Assembly (NCBI GenBank): GCA_965645245.1
Contig: OZ287083.1
Location: forward strand, 1,426,001-1,490,000
DNA from: Massalongia carnosa
Taxonomy: Eukaryota
Direction of reading: 5' to 3'
DNA length: 64,000 nucleotides
Shown here in pieces: positions 1 to 12,887 of this stretch. The first letter of the stretch is position 1; the number at the start of each line of letters is the position of its first letter. The notes below the pieces were generated by a model. That model did no database searches. It worked only from the letters and a program-made list of their open reading frames with translations, and was not told the origin of the DNA. The translations under genes were made by a program, and so were the position numbers.

Positions 1-1644
1 GGGAGCGTTGTCTTATGGAACGGAGAACGCCAGTCGGGTTTTCTGACTCTTGGTTTATTTCTCTTTTGTTCGTTCTTTTTCGGGTCTTCTTTGGAGCGGG
101 TGGGGTAACACCAATCCCCTCCAAAAAAATCAAAAGCCAGAAATCAATCAGGAGAGAGGAAAAATATATCTCTTTTCAGCCTCTATTTCGCTTGCTTTGC
201 TCGATAACGGCTATTATTATGTACCTACGAAATACTGTACGGAGTACTAGTTGTGATGATGTACGTACTCTGTGAGGGGGGTTTTTTTAGTGGGGGGAGG
301 ATTTTATTATTCAAGTTCAAAACCAACGAACTCGATGTAACTAGTCAGTCAGTTACGAGTGTAATAAACTACATACATATCAATTGACTTTTGAAGATAT
401 GCTAATCATATAGTGTCTAGTTTACCTGACTGCCAGTTTTCTCTCCCTCTCTAAATATCCATCCATCCATCCATCCAACCCCCCCCCCCCTCCACAAAAC
501 CTAAAAAAAACCCACATGTACCGAACCACCGAGTCTGCTGCTGCTGTTGTGTTCGTTCGTTCTCCCCCCCTGTTCGGGAAATCCTTCCCGTTCCTTCGAG
601 ATAAATATCCATCTATTCCACCTGCCTATCAAACTCACAGAATCTCTGGATTAATCCCTTCCTCTCGGGACCGGGGGGGCTTTGGCATTATTTGGTTTCT
701 TTTTGGGAGAAGGGGGGGGGGGAAAGAGGAAAGAAAGATTGATGAATGAAAAAAAAAAAATTTTTCTTCTCTTCCCTTGGCATTTCCGCGGTCTTTCAGT
801 AACTCGATTTCGCCTTTTCTTCTTTCCGTCTTGGTTTGTCTTCCGGCTTCTTTTCCCCCTTTCATTCTTCACTCTTCAGCAGCGCCCCTGTTTTCGATTT
901 CCGTCTTTGTCCTTTCCCCGGCCCCCTCTTTTATTTATTTATTTTTTTTTTCAAAAGTCCTATCTCTCACTCTCTCTCACTCAAGATGCCAGCTTTCCGG
1001 TTTCAACGATTCACCCCCTATTTGAATTTCATGCTTTTTCGTTTGATTTTTTTATTTTAGGGGGAAGGGGGGGGGGGGGGGAGGGTTGGAAGAGGGGTTA
1101 GTTGACTTGATCTATCGTCTTTTGCAAGAAGGAAGAAGGGGAATAAAGAGAAAAAGAACGGATGAAACATAGTAGGAGGGGATTAGAATGGGAGAAGAAG
1201 AAAAAGAAGAACAGTTTGAATTCAAATCAAAATCGAAACATTCCAAGAACAAAAAAACAAAATCCATCTCCATCTCCATCTCCATCATCTTATCTATCCT
1301 CAACAGGAGCAGGAAATGAATGAAAAAGAAAAAAATATATATCCCTACTTGGAGGGAGTTCCTGAAATTAATTGGAAGCGGACGGTGATGTTGGAAGTAA
1401 ATGTTTAAAAGTAAGAGCGTTGCGAGTTTTTCTTTTGTATTCAGAAAGAAGGGGGAGGGGGGGGGCAAAGAGACGAGCCTCTCTGTCCCTTTCGCTCTCT
1501 CCCGCTAGTTATCCGCCAAAATCCCCAATTTCAACCAACAGTAAACCAACCCCCCGTTCACTTTCCTCTTGCATGCATGCCTACCTACCTAGATAGATAC
1601 ATAGATGGATAAATCAACTATCCGAAAACCCCGCAAATCGTCAC

Positions 1645-2871
1645 TCATTGCGTATCCTCCGGCAACGCCACCGCCGTCGTCGCCCGCCCAACTCCAGCGC
1701 TAGCGCCATCATCGCCCTTCGGCGTGGTGCCTCGCGCCACAAACTCCCTTACCCAGCGCCGAACGGTTTGGATTTTCTCCATCGCTTGCGCAGCTCCGCC
1801 CTCATCACCCCCTCTACCTCCACCCTCCTCCTCCCCCCCCTCCAGCTCCCACTCCCGGAACGCCCCCCCGCGATCGCTCGCATCAACCACGTCCCGATAC
1901 AGCAAGTCCAGCGTCGTCGCCTCGCCCCTCAAACTCTGCCCGTACACTTTCCCCCGGAACGCGCTCAGTGCCACGTTCCGCGCCAGCACGACGTCTCGCG
2001 GCCGCAGCCGGGCGGTGGCGGATCGTAGTTGCTCGTTGCGGTATGGGGGCTGCCGATGGGAGGGCGGGGCGGCGGACGGAGAGGAGGGCGGCGGCGGGAG
2101 CCAGAGAGTGATGCCGAAGCCGGCTTTCGTTTCGTCGCCCACGAGCATTTCGACCAGGGCGAGGGGGGAGGCGTGGCGGGTGGTGACGAGTCGGGGGGGA
2201 GGGAGAGCGATGATGCCGACGATCAGGGTGACGGTCATGGTTTGCGGGGTGATGGAATGGAGGTAGGTGGCTGGGGGGATGCGGTTGAGGTTCGTGATGG
2301 GGCTAGCAAGGACGCGGGTCCGGGCTTGCTGGGCGGTGGGGCTTGGAGGGGAGGAGGGGTTTACAGCGTCGGAGATGCTGCTGTCGAGGCTGCAGGGCGA
2401 GCAGAAAGTAGGGGGCATGGAGCCGGGGTCTAACGAGGAGGAGAGGTCTTCGTGCACGGCATAGGAGTGCTCGTAGAATTGCGTAAAGAGGTCTTCGTCG
2501 TCGTTGGGTGGGGAGAGGGAACTTTGCCGAGGAGCTTCGCCCGAGCCGGCGGAGTGGAAGGAGAGATCTGTTGCCGTCAGGAAGGAGCTTTCGGGGGCGA
2601 CATCGTCCCGTGGTTTTGCCGCCGGCGAGTAATCATGATCGATGTGGGAGAGCTGGGTGAAGCCGGTGGGGAGGTGTTCTCGCTCAAGGGGGAGAGATCG
2701 CCATGTTGGTCTGGGTCCTTCGGAGGAAGGAAGTCGGCTCGTCGGGCGGGGGGGGGGCTTTGTCAGGAAGGCCTCTTGCAGCGGAGCGGACAGGAACCGA
2801 TCGTCCCACTTTAGGGAGCTTGCCAATGGCGCACCGGTCAGAACGATGATTCTTCGATCAGAGACCTTCAT
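1645..2871 (-). CDS. OB-fold nucleic-acid-binding protein, SHLD2 (Shieldin subunit 2)-like
   Basis: Intronless ORF; first ATG gives MKVSDRRIIVLTGAP. The C-terminal half has an OB-fold strand pattern (TMTVTLIVGII...LVEMLVGDET..GFGITLW...RPRDVVLARNVAL..FRGKVYGQSL). The family call is by-eye recognition. Confidence 0.75.
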   Translation of the reverse strand: MKVSDRRIIVLTGAPLASSLKWDDRFLSAPLQEAFLTKPPPRPTSRLPSSEGPRPTWRSLPLEREHLPTGFTQLSHIDHDYSPAAKPRDDVAPESSFLTATDLSFHSAGSGEAPRQSSLSPPNDDEDLFTQFYEHSYAVHEDLSSSLDPGSMPPTFCSPCSLDSSISDAVNPSSPPSPTAQQARTRVLASPITNLNRIPPATYLHSITPQTMTVTLIVGIIALPPPRLVTTRHASPLALVEMLVGDETKAGFGITLWLPPPPSSPSAAPPSHRQPPYRNEQLRSATARLRPRDVVLARNVALSAFRGKVYGQSLRGEATTLDLLYRDVVDASDRGGAFREWELEGGEEEGGGRGGDEGGAAQAMEKIQTVRRWVREFVARGTTPKGDDGASAGVGRATTAVALPEDTQ

Positions 2872-5188
2872 TACAGTCTTCGCTGAGGATAAGACCTTTC
2901 GGCCGTGAAGTAATTTCAGCTTGCCGATAGTATTTTTCAAAAAAATTAAATATTTTAAATAGATAAATAAATGAAAGAACGAGGTGCAGTTGAATAGCGA
3001 GAAGAACTCAATAAGAAGCGAAAATCCCGAAATCCGGTTGCAAAGTCAGCTATATATGTAACACAACGAGGAAAACATAGGCTGGAAGTGTTGTATACAT
3101 CAAACTACCCCTTATCCCTTTCACCTATTCACAATTGACGAGAAAATGCCGAGTTTCTTCATCGACCAATAATATACAACAACCTTCCCTATTGCAGATA
3201 TGTAACCACCCGCAGCCAACTAAACCCAATGAAGCGAATAACCTCATGGGACGTACTTGCTTCAGCGACTCCGACCATTTCTATTGCTCCAGCTCCTTGA
3301 GGACGGGTTGGAAAGCACAGAGTCGCCGTGGCATGACTCTTATAGCACGCCCTTCCCCCATCCAAAGTTTCTATTCATCCACAACTTCTTCACGCAGGGT
3401 TCAGCTAACTTGAATGCCTGGTCGGCCTCGACCGTCTTGTAACCTAATTAGCAAAGGTTTTGCTCTTGCCACCGTGTATGTAAAACCCGACGAGTCATAG
3501 ACTTAGAGTTCTGATATCATACGAGTGGGATCCGTTCACGTCGTGTGCCAAGTTGAAGATCACGCGAATATGCTTAAGCGGCTTGCACTCGACTTAACTA
3601 CGATGAAAAGCTACAACGGAATCCCCATTCGCAAAATTCTTTCTACGGCAGTTCCTCGTGTCGCAACAGTTGCGAGTTCGACAGCCCGTGCGATTCCCCA
3701 AATGCGGGAACCAGGCACAGTAGCGGAGCTGTCAGGTTTGCATAGTTCATCCTACCGTGCATTATTCAACACCTTTACCTCGTTCTGCGAGCAGTGCTGA
3801 AGGCAGCCTGCAAAGGCAAAGACAAGTGAAGCGCGGAGAAGAGTGCATCTGCCGGCCTTGTAGAAATAGAACATGGATGGGGGGGAAATGATGAAATCTT
3901 CATTTCATGAAACGAGTTCCTCTCGAACGTGCCGTTGATAACCTTCTGGTTGATATTAAATTTGTGAAGGATCGTGGGGGCTCACAGCGGTGGTTCTAGC
4001 GGCATCTAATAGACTGCTTGTCCCAAAGGCTGCGGTGTGAGCAAGTTTGAGCCTAATAGAGGTGTAATAAACGGCGAGTTGACGCTGTAGACGTCAAACT
4101 GTGATACTTCCATGCTAGGGATAAGGCGAATTTTGATATCTGACGTTGAATGTAGTTATGTGGTGTTGTGATAGCCAAGATTGCCGAGAACCATTAAATA
4201 GCCATTGACCATTTCGTTCGATGGTAGGAGAGAGCGATGACTGGACGAGTGGAAGGGCTTTTGAATAGCTGAGCAAAAAGTGGGGGGTACGACAGATGGT
4301 CTGAAAATGAGCTGATAGATGATGCAAAAGGTGTCGTGAGATGATTAGAATCCGTCAAGATAAAATTTCAAGGAGCAAGGCTTGAACGTGTTCACAATGC
4401 ATATTTGTAGCCACACTGTTGTTCCGGCAAATAGTCCCTTTCCTTTCACTCCCGCTGAAACGGTAGAATGTGGGAATGTCATCAACTCGTAATATCTACA
4501 CTTCGTGTTTCCTTCTGCCCTTTGCCCAAGCGGTCGGATCGACATAGTTTTTTAATTGGCCATGCGATACTAGGACTCAATCCAAATGTTTCCAAGAACT
4601 GCAGCTAGGATTGTAACAATGGCAAAAGGTGAATGTTCTTGAAATTTCCCGAATGTTGGATCTTCAGAACTATCAATCGCAGTTCTACAGGAGATCTGGC
4701 TGCAAGCCACTGGCTCGATCCTCACAGCTTTCATCGTTGGCACACAGATTTCTGGCGTGGAAAGTAGAATTCATCACAACCTCTTGGCTCTGGAGAACAA
4801 GCTCGATACCAAGTTCTCAACTCTAGACACAAAGATCTCGACTTCAGATGCCAAGGTCGAGGAAAAAAGTGAATAAGATTCAGGAAAGGACGAACCTCAA
4901 TATTGCGTTGATCCTCAATCTGCGTAGATTTGCTGACGGTGCAACGAACTTCATGAGCAGCTTTCAAAGAAAAATGCACAAACGTAAAGGCCAGACACAC
5001 TAAACCTCATGCAAATGGGGTGTTTGCTGAGTTCAGCAATGTGACTAAGTCGGCTGAGAATGAGTGACAGGAACCGGAGTATAGCGATCAGAATTTGATT
5101 GAAGGGGTGATCAGTCAGACTGAAAGACGAATGCAAGGCGTGCACAACAACAGCTTGTATCATGCGTCTACATAGGGGCCTAAAGAAA

Positions 5189-5213
5189 GGACGGACGGAC
5201 GGACGGACGGACG
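5189..5213. repeat. (GGAC)n microsatellite
   Basis: ggacggacggacggacggacggacg read directly. Confidence 0.9.
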
Positions 5214-8200
5214 AGGTGCGGAAACATGGCGATGGGATGTTTGTTCGGAGGGTGTGCCTCTCAGTCTCTCAGTTCGTCGTTTTTCGCCGCGTGGTGAGAT
5301 GGAGCAAGTATGACGATGGCTAGGCAAGATCCAACACGTTTTCTAAACACCTACAGTCCAAATCCAATAGTATGATCCCTAGAGTATTCTCATGCACTCA
5401 CCCACCCATCAAGTCTCTCGGTAGGTAAACTTTGCGATCGTGTACACCTGGAGTTGGATGTCGCACTCCTGAACATTATTTCTTGACTGGAAAGGATGAA
5501 ATGATCCGTTGCGGCGCGTGTGCAAGACAATGCCTTTCTCAATCGACATGACTTGAAAGTAACTGCACACCATGATACCCGTTAGCGAGAGCTATGCCAC
5601 CAACAGCAAATGCTCGATGGGATACTCCAACCCCCAGATCTGCATCATGCGGCCGGTAATGCTCGGTACGGGTCCTTTGATGAACCCAGGAAAATTAGGC
5701 ACACAACACACTTGGCACTCCACCCATGGATAGGGAAATCCCAACGCGGAGACTTTCCAATTGCTTAGGGTCTTCTCTAAATGGTGGAGTCAGGCGTAGA
5801 TTGCTGGGTGATTTGGTTGACCACCGTAATCTCACGGACTTAAGTACGCCGAACTGGTTAGCCTTCGTGCAATCTGTGGCTGTGTGGTTGTCGAATTGAT
5901 TCGAGGAATCAATCGCTAGGAACAAGCCCCCGTTTATCCATGATGACCGATGACTTGGTAGGCTTGGCGCAACCTATGGTTTGGATGAAGTTACCAGATT
6001 TAACTCTAGAGGCAAGCCTACCATGATCAGGATGGCTTGTCGCAGATGCGTCGTGGGTGAGCGTGTAATAAAGACTATCAGACTTTGATCTTAGATCTAT
6101 GACGCCACGTGTGTAGCCCAGCATTTCGGGGAAGGGTAGGACGACTGGAAGACTAATCGTAACAGAGCCATGGTTTGAGATCAAGCTATTTTCTTCTTTT
6201 TACGTTCCGGATTTCCGGCTCTACCCACAGGATGGGGGGGAGGTTCTGAGGGGGCAGGTTGAAAAGGCTGAGCTTGTAAGCGACAAACGGGGAAGTCCGT
6301 ACCCTTTTAATATGCAATCCTAAGATTCGTGGCTTACTGCCTGACCATGGAATAAGACTTGGACAACCTTTCCGACCATATCCTGTACAGATGTCAAGGA
6401 AACCGAGATTATGGATCGCGGAACCACGGGCGCCACACCAACGTTTATGTTAGCCCTCTTCGAGGACCTGACGGCCAGGCTGAGAAGAGTAGTGGTTGGC
6501 TTGAAAATTGTTCGTAGAACCGATCTACCATCGAAAAGATTGCACAATCTAAGCGGTGAGCTTCAAGCACGCTTCACGCTTTGAAGGCTGAGCGATGTCG
6601 ATAAACGAACGGACTCGATAGTACGTGTGATCCAAGCTCCAACCTCCACCATCGTGAGTCCATTTCTCCTTTCCTGAGGGTCGACCAGGTAAATGCGGGT
6701 TGATGTGCATGCCTAGCGTCCGCAGTCCAAACCTTGGGACGCTGTCCCACCCACCTCGCTTAGCTGTACTACACAGACCATCCGACTTTGCAGCCATCGC
6801 CCCACGGTAGCTGTTGCCAACATAAGTGGTTTAATAATCAATTTTCCTCCCCCTCCCCCTCCCCTCCCCCCTTAGATCTGGTGGCTTGGCTTTTCTTCCA
6901 CGAATGTTCATGCCTCTCGGACACAACGACGTGACTTAGTCATGAGCTGTGCCACGCTCTTGGCTCTGCTCTTGTTTCTAAGTGATGCAGCCTCGCTTAC
7001 GGAAATGATTGGGGCAACCGTGCGGATTTTTCGTACTGCAGAGCTTCAGACGTGTGATGAAAAAATGTCAGACTTGCATGCAGCCAATGGGGCGGGACCC
7101 AGGAATATGTGCAATCAGAGTTTGGGATTTCCCAAGGATTCCGATCCGGTTGGAAAGTTCACAACGGGCGAAGATCGGCGACGTGTCTTCTATCATTCTT
7201 CTGTCCAAATTCCGGGTTTGGTCTCTGGTTGGCGCCCGCTTCCATAGTTTGGCGGAGGGAAACACTGTGCCGAATACGCTCTAATGCATCCTAATCTATC
7301 TTTCATGAAAGCGGATGACCCGTGCTTGGCGGGGGATCGTAGCTCTACCGTGGTCCATGAGCCGACGAAGACAAGCTTCGTTCGGGGTCGCATGTACTTT
7401 GCGCTCACAAGGAAGCTCTACAGTCTTCTCCAGTCGGTTGTCATCACACCTCGAAGAGAAAGTCTGCAACTCCATAGTACTTTTGGTTTTCTCTCGATTC
7501 ATCGATGTTTGGCCCCCAATCCCAGTCCATGCGTGACTCCTGTCCAACTCTATGAAGCTCTTTGGCTTGAACCCCTCACTTCAAAAATTCCTTTAGCCAG
7601 GGATTCATGAAGTGTGACGTATCAGAAGGTCCCAAAAGTCACAACTGGACGAATGCACTCAATAACCAACCTCGCATTATGAATCGTTAGGCCGTCTTTC
7701 GTGGTCGCTACAATCGGAATGCTTCAACGCCTTGGTGCCACTTGTGGATGATTTCGTGAAGCGCTGTAAAGCCGGAGTAGTTCCATGGTGAGGAGGTAGT
7801 AGTACTCCTTTTCCATTTCTAGTATTTCGAACGGCAGTGGTGCAGCCTTGGGGCCACTAATGTGCTTGTGGAAAGGGTTGTACCAAAAGGCAACCTTTAC
7901 CGCTCAATGCTAGCTGTTAAGCCTCTCCATCAGGTACGGGATATCCGTAAATGGACAACAGCAGTCGCATCGAGTTTCCTCTGGATTGCGAATGCATTGG
8001 GCCTGTCTCCTTTCACCTTCTGGTGCATACATAAAGCCTCTGGTGGGATGAGGGGTACTTATCACTCGGATGAGCAACTAAAGCCACGGATTATGAATTT
8101 TTCCCACTCATTCCTGGTCAAGGGTAAGTGCTTCCGGATAAGTGAAGTTCCACCCGAGCGCAGGCATCCTGATCGAGACATGCTTCTACAGGTGGCTGAA

Positions 8201-10307
8201 AATGGCGCCAAATGGCACCAATGGCACATCCTAAACTCTGTTTGCCTTGGCTAACCGTAAAAGAGGTTCAGGTAGACTAAGCCCAACTAGCCTCGATCCT
8301 GGTTGTCTTTTCAATTGTGTGAGTTGTAAGCGATTTTTAAGATCAATGATTTGCATGTGCCGCGTTGACCATGCGACATGCTGCCCTCATGCATAAGGTC
8401 GTTCGGGTAGCTGCACTTACTAGGGGGACGTCGACTCACTTCTGCTGCATATGTTCCAGTGTAACGACGATGCCTTGATATTAGCACTCTCCACGGGCTT
8501 TTCGACGTCAATTGCGCTCACTTTGGCCTCTCCAATTGCTGGAAACACCCTGCTAGCAATCGTCCCCCCCTCACTCCGTGCCTATCAAGATTCAGTTTTC
8601 GGCGAGAGGACCACAACCACAATCGGAGGATCCTCTCCCCGATGCCCTAAACGGGCCCTGGTTGTTCGTTGCCATCCAATCAGGGAAAGAATCATGTGCG
8701 CTTCCATGGCTCCGCCTTTACCAGCTCAACTTAGCGAGAGTCGGCCAGCAGGGCTCCCCATGCACAAGACTTCGCGATATCGAAAACTCTCCACTCTGCA
8801 CTCCCTATTATTGATGTTTGCCCGCATTGCGATGTCATCGAGCTTGGGGAAAGATGCGGGCGGACTTGATACGCGAAACCTGCAAAAACACCCAAAATAA
8901 TATAGAGCAACCACCTTTGCTCTTCGAGGATTGGCCTAACCAAGTTGCTTATTGTTGAATGCTGTATATACCCAACCTACTTGACCCTTAATACTTGAAC
9001 TTGACTGCGCGATCGCGTATCGACCATCCGCGTGGGCTAAAGCTCCTCTCAAAGCACGCCAGCAGTCATCACGTTCCCTGCAATTCTTCGGCTGAAGTAG
9101 AAATTTCTTGCTTGCAGCTGCGCTTGGTCAACAAACGGGTATCACGACTGGGAAAGCTGCACGTCTGTTTGTTCCCCAAGCACGACGGGAACGCCTTCTC
9201 GAGCTTCCCTGCCCGAGAAAATCCTGCCAAACAAGTAAGCATTTCGGTGTGTTGGCGTACTTCGACGAAGCTAGGGCGTTTGTAAACATTTCTCTTGAAA
9301 GCCGCGATAAATCCTGAAGAACTGCGTCCGAGCCCATATCGTCAATTTCAGGGATCTTTGATAGTGACGAAGCCTGTGAATCTCCTCCAAGACCGTGGTG
9401 GTGGAACGAAGAGGCTTCGCTGCACGAACCGAGTCCGCGTGGCGGTCTCAGAAATAGTCATTGACTTATCATAGGGTTTCGAGGCGCCACATTGATATTC
9501 CCATCTCGATGGTAGTGGAGGAAAGTTTAAAAGATAGCAGAGGTTGTCGGAACGATTGCCATAGCACAAATCCAGCTCGGGGGACCAAACTCGGTGAAAA
9601 TCTCCTGGGAAGACGGTGGGAAGTTGATTGACCATCATACTCTCAGCACACTTTGTGGGATTGAAGTACAAGTGAACCTTCCATAAGTGGGGTGAAGCCG
9701 AAGGTCGGGAAAGTCCTAGCCAGATCCTGGATATCGGTACCCTAGGACCAAACCATTCCTTACTTTTAAAGCGCACTCAGTATTCGCTGCGCCCTTCGCA
9801 CCTCTGTGCGTGGGAAATACTCATTCAGATCATTCCTAGTATCGACTTGCTCCCGCCATTCGTTCATGCTATAAAGATAAAGTACTCTATCCGGCAACTT
9901 AACCCTTCATGATCCTTCATCCCCCATCTAACATCTCGAGGCATCTATTCTTTATTTGTTCTTTGGCACCGCTTTTCACCAAGACTCAAAGGCGTCTTAG
10001 GTTCAGCCCAGCTCTTTAGTCTTGGCCTTGTGGAGTCGACGTTAAAACAAGATTCCTGCTCCGTCCCAAGGGCGGAGTCTTACGCACTGTCAACCACCCT
10101 ACACGTTCCGCTTAAGAGTGCTTTCGAATCCATGGGACCGCGCTGTCGCTCTCTCTGAACGCCTGATCGTGAAGGTTGATAGGTCTTACGCCGGTGATCA
10201 GTAACTGCTCTGGAGGGTCTCTTTCAAGAGACGATCGTTGATTTGGTGTTCTGTATTCCGAGCCTTTTCGAGTGACAAGAAGGCTTATCAGGGTGTGATT
10301 CATCTCC

Positions 10308-12144
10308 ATGAACAACCATCCTCCAACAAACGAAGTCTCGCATCGGCCGCGACTCTCAAGGTAGGGCAGTACCTTTGAAGCTAAAGTGCTCGCCTCACAT
10401 GACATTAGGCAGTCCACTGACCGTGCTTCCACTTAGCCATGACTACAGCCTGACGATTCGCCAGGGGCCGGAGCGTGCAAAGGTTGCCGGCCCCAAGGAG
10501 AAAGGTATGCCTATGGAAGAAAAAATTGCTAATGGGGCATATGCTGATTGAAGCACTGGTTGGTCTAGACCGCAAGCCTATTGATCCTCCACCTATAATA
10601 CAATTACAAATCCGAGACTTGTCAGATCCGGCCCAGTAAGACCCCCCGAAGTATATTATGGGTTCCTACCGCTAACGGCATCAGAAACTATCTTCAAAGT
10701 CCTTACTACTTCATGTGCTGCAATTTATGCGACTCCAACCCTGATCGTCCAACGCACCTTGCTTCTCAGTCAACGCTTGCTGGGACATTAGTCTCCTCGC
10801 TTCATAGGTTAAAGGACATAGACAATACAGGCGAGACAAGCTGCTTAGAAATATAAAGACTATTCGCTGACTGGTTGATGTAGATGGCGGCTTCTTCGTT
10901 TTTGGAGATGTGTCTGTAAAGATCGAAGGCGAATATCGCCTTCGGTTTAGCCTCTTTGAGATGCTCAAGTAACGCCCCACTGGAGGTTTCCCTACAACCT
11001 ACCACTTATAAGTATTATAGGTCAGAAGTTATGTACATTAAATCTATCACCTCCGAGCCTTTCCATGGTAAGAAGCTCTACCAGGTTTACTTTAAGTATG
11101 TCTATTAATAATAATGCAGTCTATTCGCAGAAGAATTTCCCAGGCATGTCCGAGTCCACTTTTCTTTCCCGCTCTTTTGGAGATCAGGGCGTACGTTTGA
11201 GAATCAGGAAAGAGCCTCGGACGTTGCTGTAGGTTAAAATACCCCGGTGCAGATTTGTATATTCTGATCCAAAAATCAGCAAACGACCAGCTCCTTCGAG
11301 TCTACGCTCGGAAGAGTTCACTCGTGCGTACCCTTCACACCAACCCTTTGAGAATCGAGGACCTCAACCACTACTACAACATAAGCACAGCGGGGAGTAT
11401 GGTCCCGCAAGCCCTAAAAGCTTTGCGCCAGGACCTGATGAGCAATCTTCCAAGCGACAGAGGACATCGATAGACTTAACGACTAGAGGAGTCTATACTC
11501 CTGACCAAAGATACAACGAGCGACCCTACGAGGACCACCGTGGCAACTATAACGCGTACACTCCACGAACCCAGCCGCCGCCCAATTACGGATCCAATTA
11601 CGCTCCAAGTCCCCAATCCGTTCCTGGGGCGCAGTCAGAATACTCCTTCAGACACCAGCGTACGAATTCCTCATCTACATCATCGCCCTACGTCTCCCCA
11701 CGAACCGAAGTCCCAGGCTATATGTCATCCGCAACGAATCTATCGTACCCTTCGCAGCCGAGGGATACAATGTTTCCCTATCAACAAAGCCAATACTCGA
11801 TGGTCCCACCAAGGCAATCGGCACAACTCACGCAACAAGTTGCTGCGTATCGGCCTCACGCTCCTCCTGAGCAAACCCAGACAGCTTCCTACACCCCGTA
11901 CGCACGAGTGCCACCCATTGATGATCACTCTATATTGAATCCGAGGCCTTCTTCCGGGTCATTTCCTATACTTTCAAATCATCAGAGCGATATCCGTCCT
12001 ACAATTACATCGCAATCTTCAGACCCCTTAGTAACAGGCCGGCAGCAGCAATTTCGCTCTAACCTGCCTAATCTGCTGCCACCCCTAGAGTCTACCGTAA
12101 CATCAGGGCAGCCTCGTGGGTCAACATTCACAAGCTTGCAGTGA
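10308..12144 (+). CDS. vosA: Velvet-domain transcription regulator, VosA-like (8 exons)
   Basis: Manual splicing with introns 10361-10436, 10505-10568, 10636-10684, 10831-10883 (GC-AG), 10969-11020, 11068-11119 and 11229-11279 gives [32 protein letters not shown]...[10 protein letters not shown]...[45 protein letters not shown]...[28 protein letters not shown]. This is an N-terminal velvet domain followed by a P/S/Q-rich tail. Confidence 0.92.
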
Positions 12145-12887
12145 CTGAGTTGGTACTTGAAAGGCGAAGTATTTGTTATATTAATAGCTTCGTTGGCTTA
12201 TCTCAGAGTATGACTCGGAAAGTTATGAGCCTGGAAAGTGCTATATCTCACGTAGCCCCTTAATTGTGTTTATTCCAATTAAAGTGATCAACCAACAAGT
12301 TTACTAATCTTTGAACGCGTTGTTTCTTTGATGTGGAGATGTCGAAATATGTTTGCTATATAAACGCCATCAGAGTTCTTATAAGGGGTAAATTGATCAA
12401 TGGTATCAAGCTCATTCATCTTTTTGCTATGTTTATGCAGAAACTTCCTTGGATCATATTCCTTCTCTGCCCATGGTTTTGTTCATCGTTTCCAGCCTTT
12501 CCATAAGTCTCTGGCTTAGTGGTTGGCAAGCGCTCAGCAAGATCCTATTAGTAGAACAGGCAGACAGTTCCTTCCAAACTTGACAACACTGGCACCACGT
12601 TAGCCCCTCCTAGCCGGTGGGCAAACCCTCATATATTTTAGTGGGCTATTGTTTCGGTTCTTTTGGTGTCCCAACATAATCAAGCCCAAAAAAATAAACA
12701 ATATACATGACTGTTTACCTTACCTCCTTACCCATAACATAGCTACAACTCAGGGTTACTGATGGAGCAGTCAGATAACCAGAAGTCTTAGGCCATATAA
12801 AGATCGGGCAAGGAAAACACTGTGCGACAGTTGGAAAATATCTGCTAGTACATACTTTCTAACTTGGAGCAGTTTATAACCACAGCG

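Noticed and set aside
1..1640. Several 66-139 aa ORFs rich in F/K/G and a MEMEMEMD run
   Set aside because: Products of homopolymer tracts and a (CTCCAT)n repeat; no domain or coding-like composition.
3320..3720. Possible small spliced gene on the minus strand (GCTAATTAG acceptor followed by YKTVEADQAFKLAEPCVKKLW...)
   Set aside because: The nearest donor gives an upstream in-frame stop in the needed phase, and no family was recognised.
5505..5516. CCGTTGCGGC resembling a WetA response element
   Set aside because: One base short of the recalled consensus, single copy and about 4.8 kb from the vosA start.
7862..9776. ORFs of 130-149 aa upstream of vosA
   Set aside because: Mostly non-ATG starts, random-looking composition, no motifs and no consistent splice structure.
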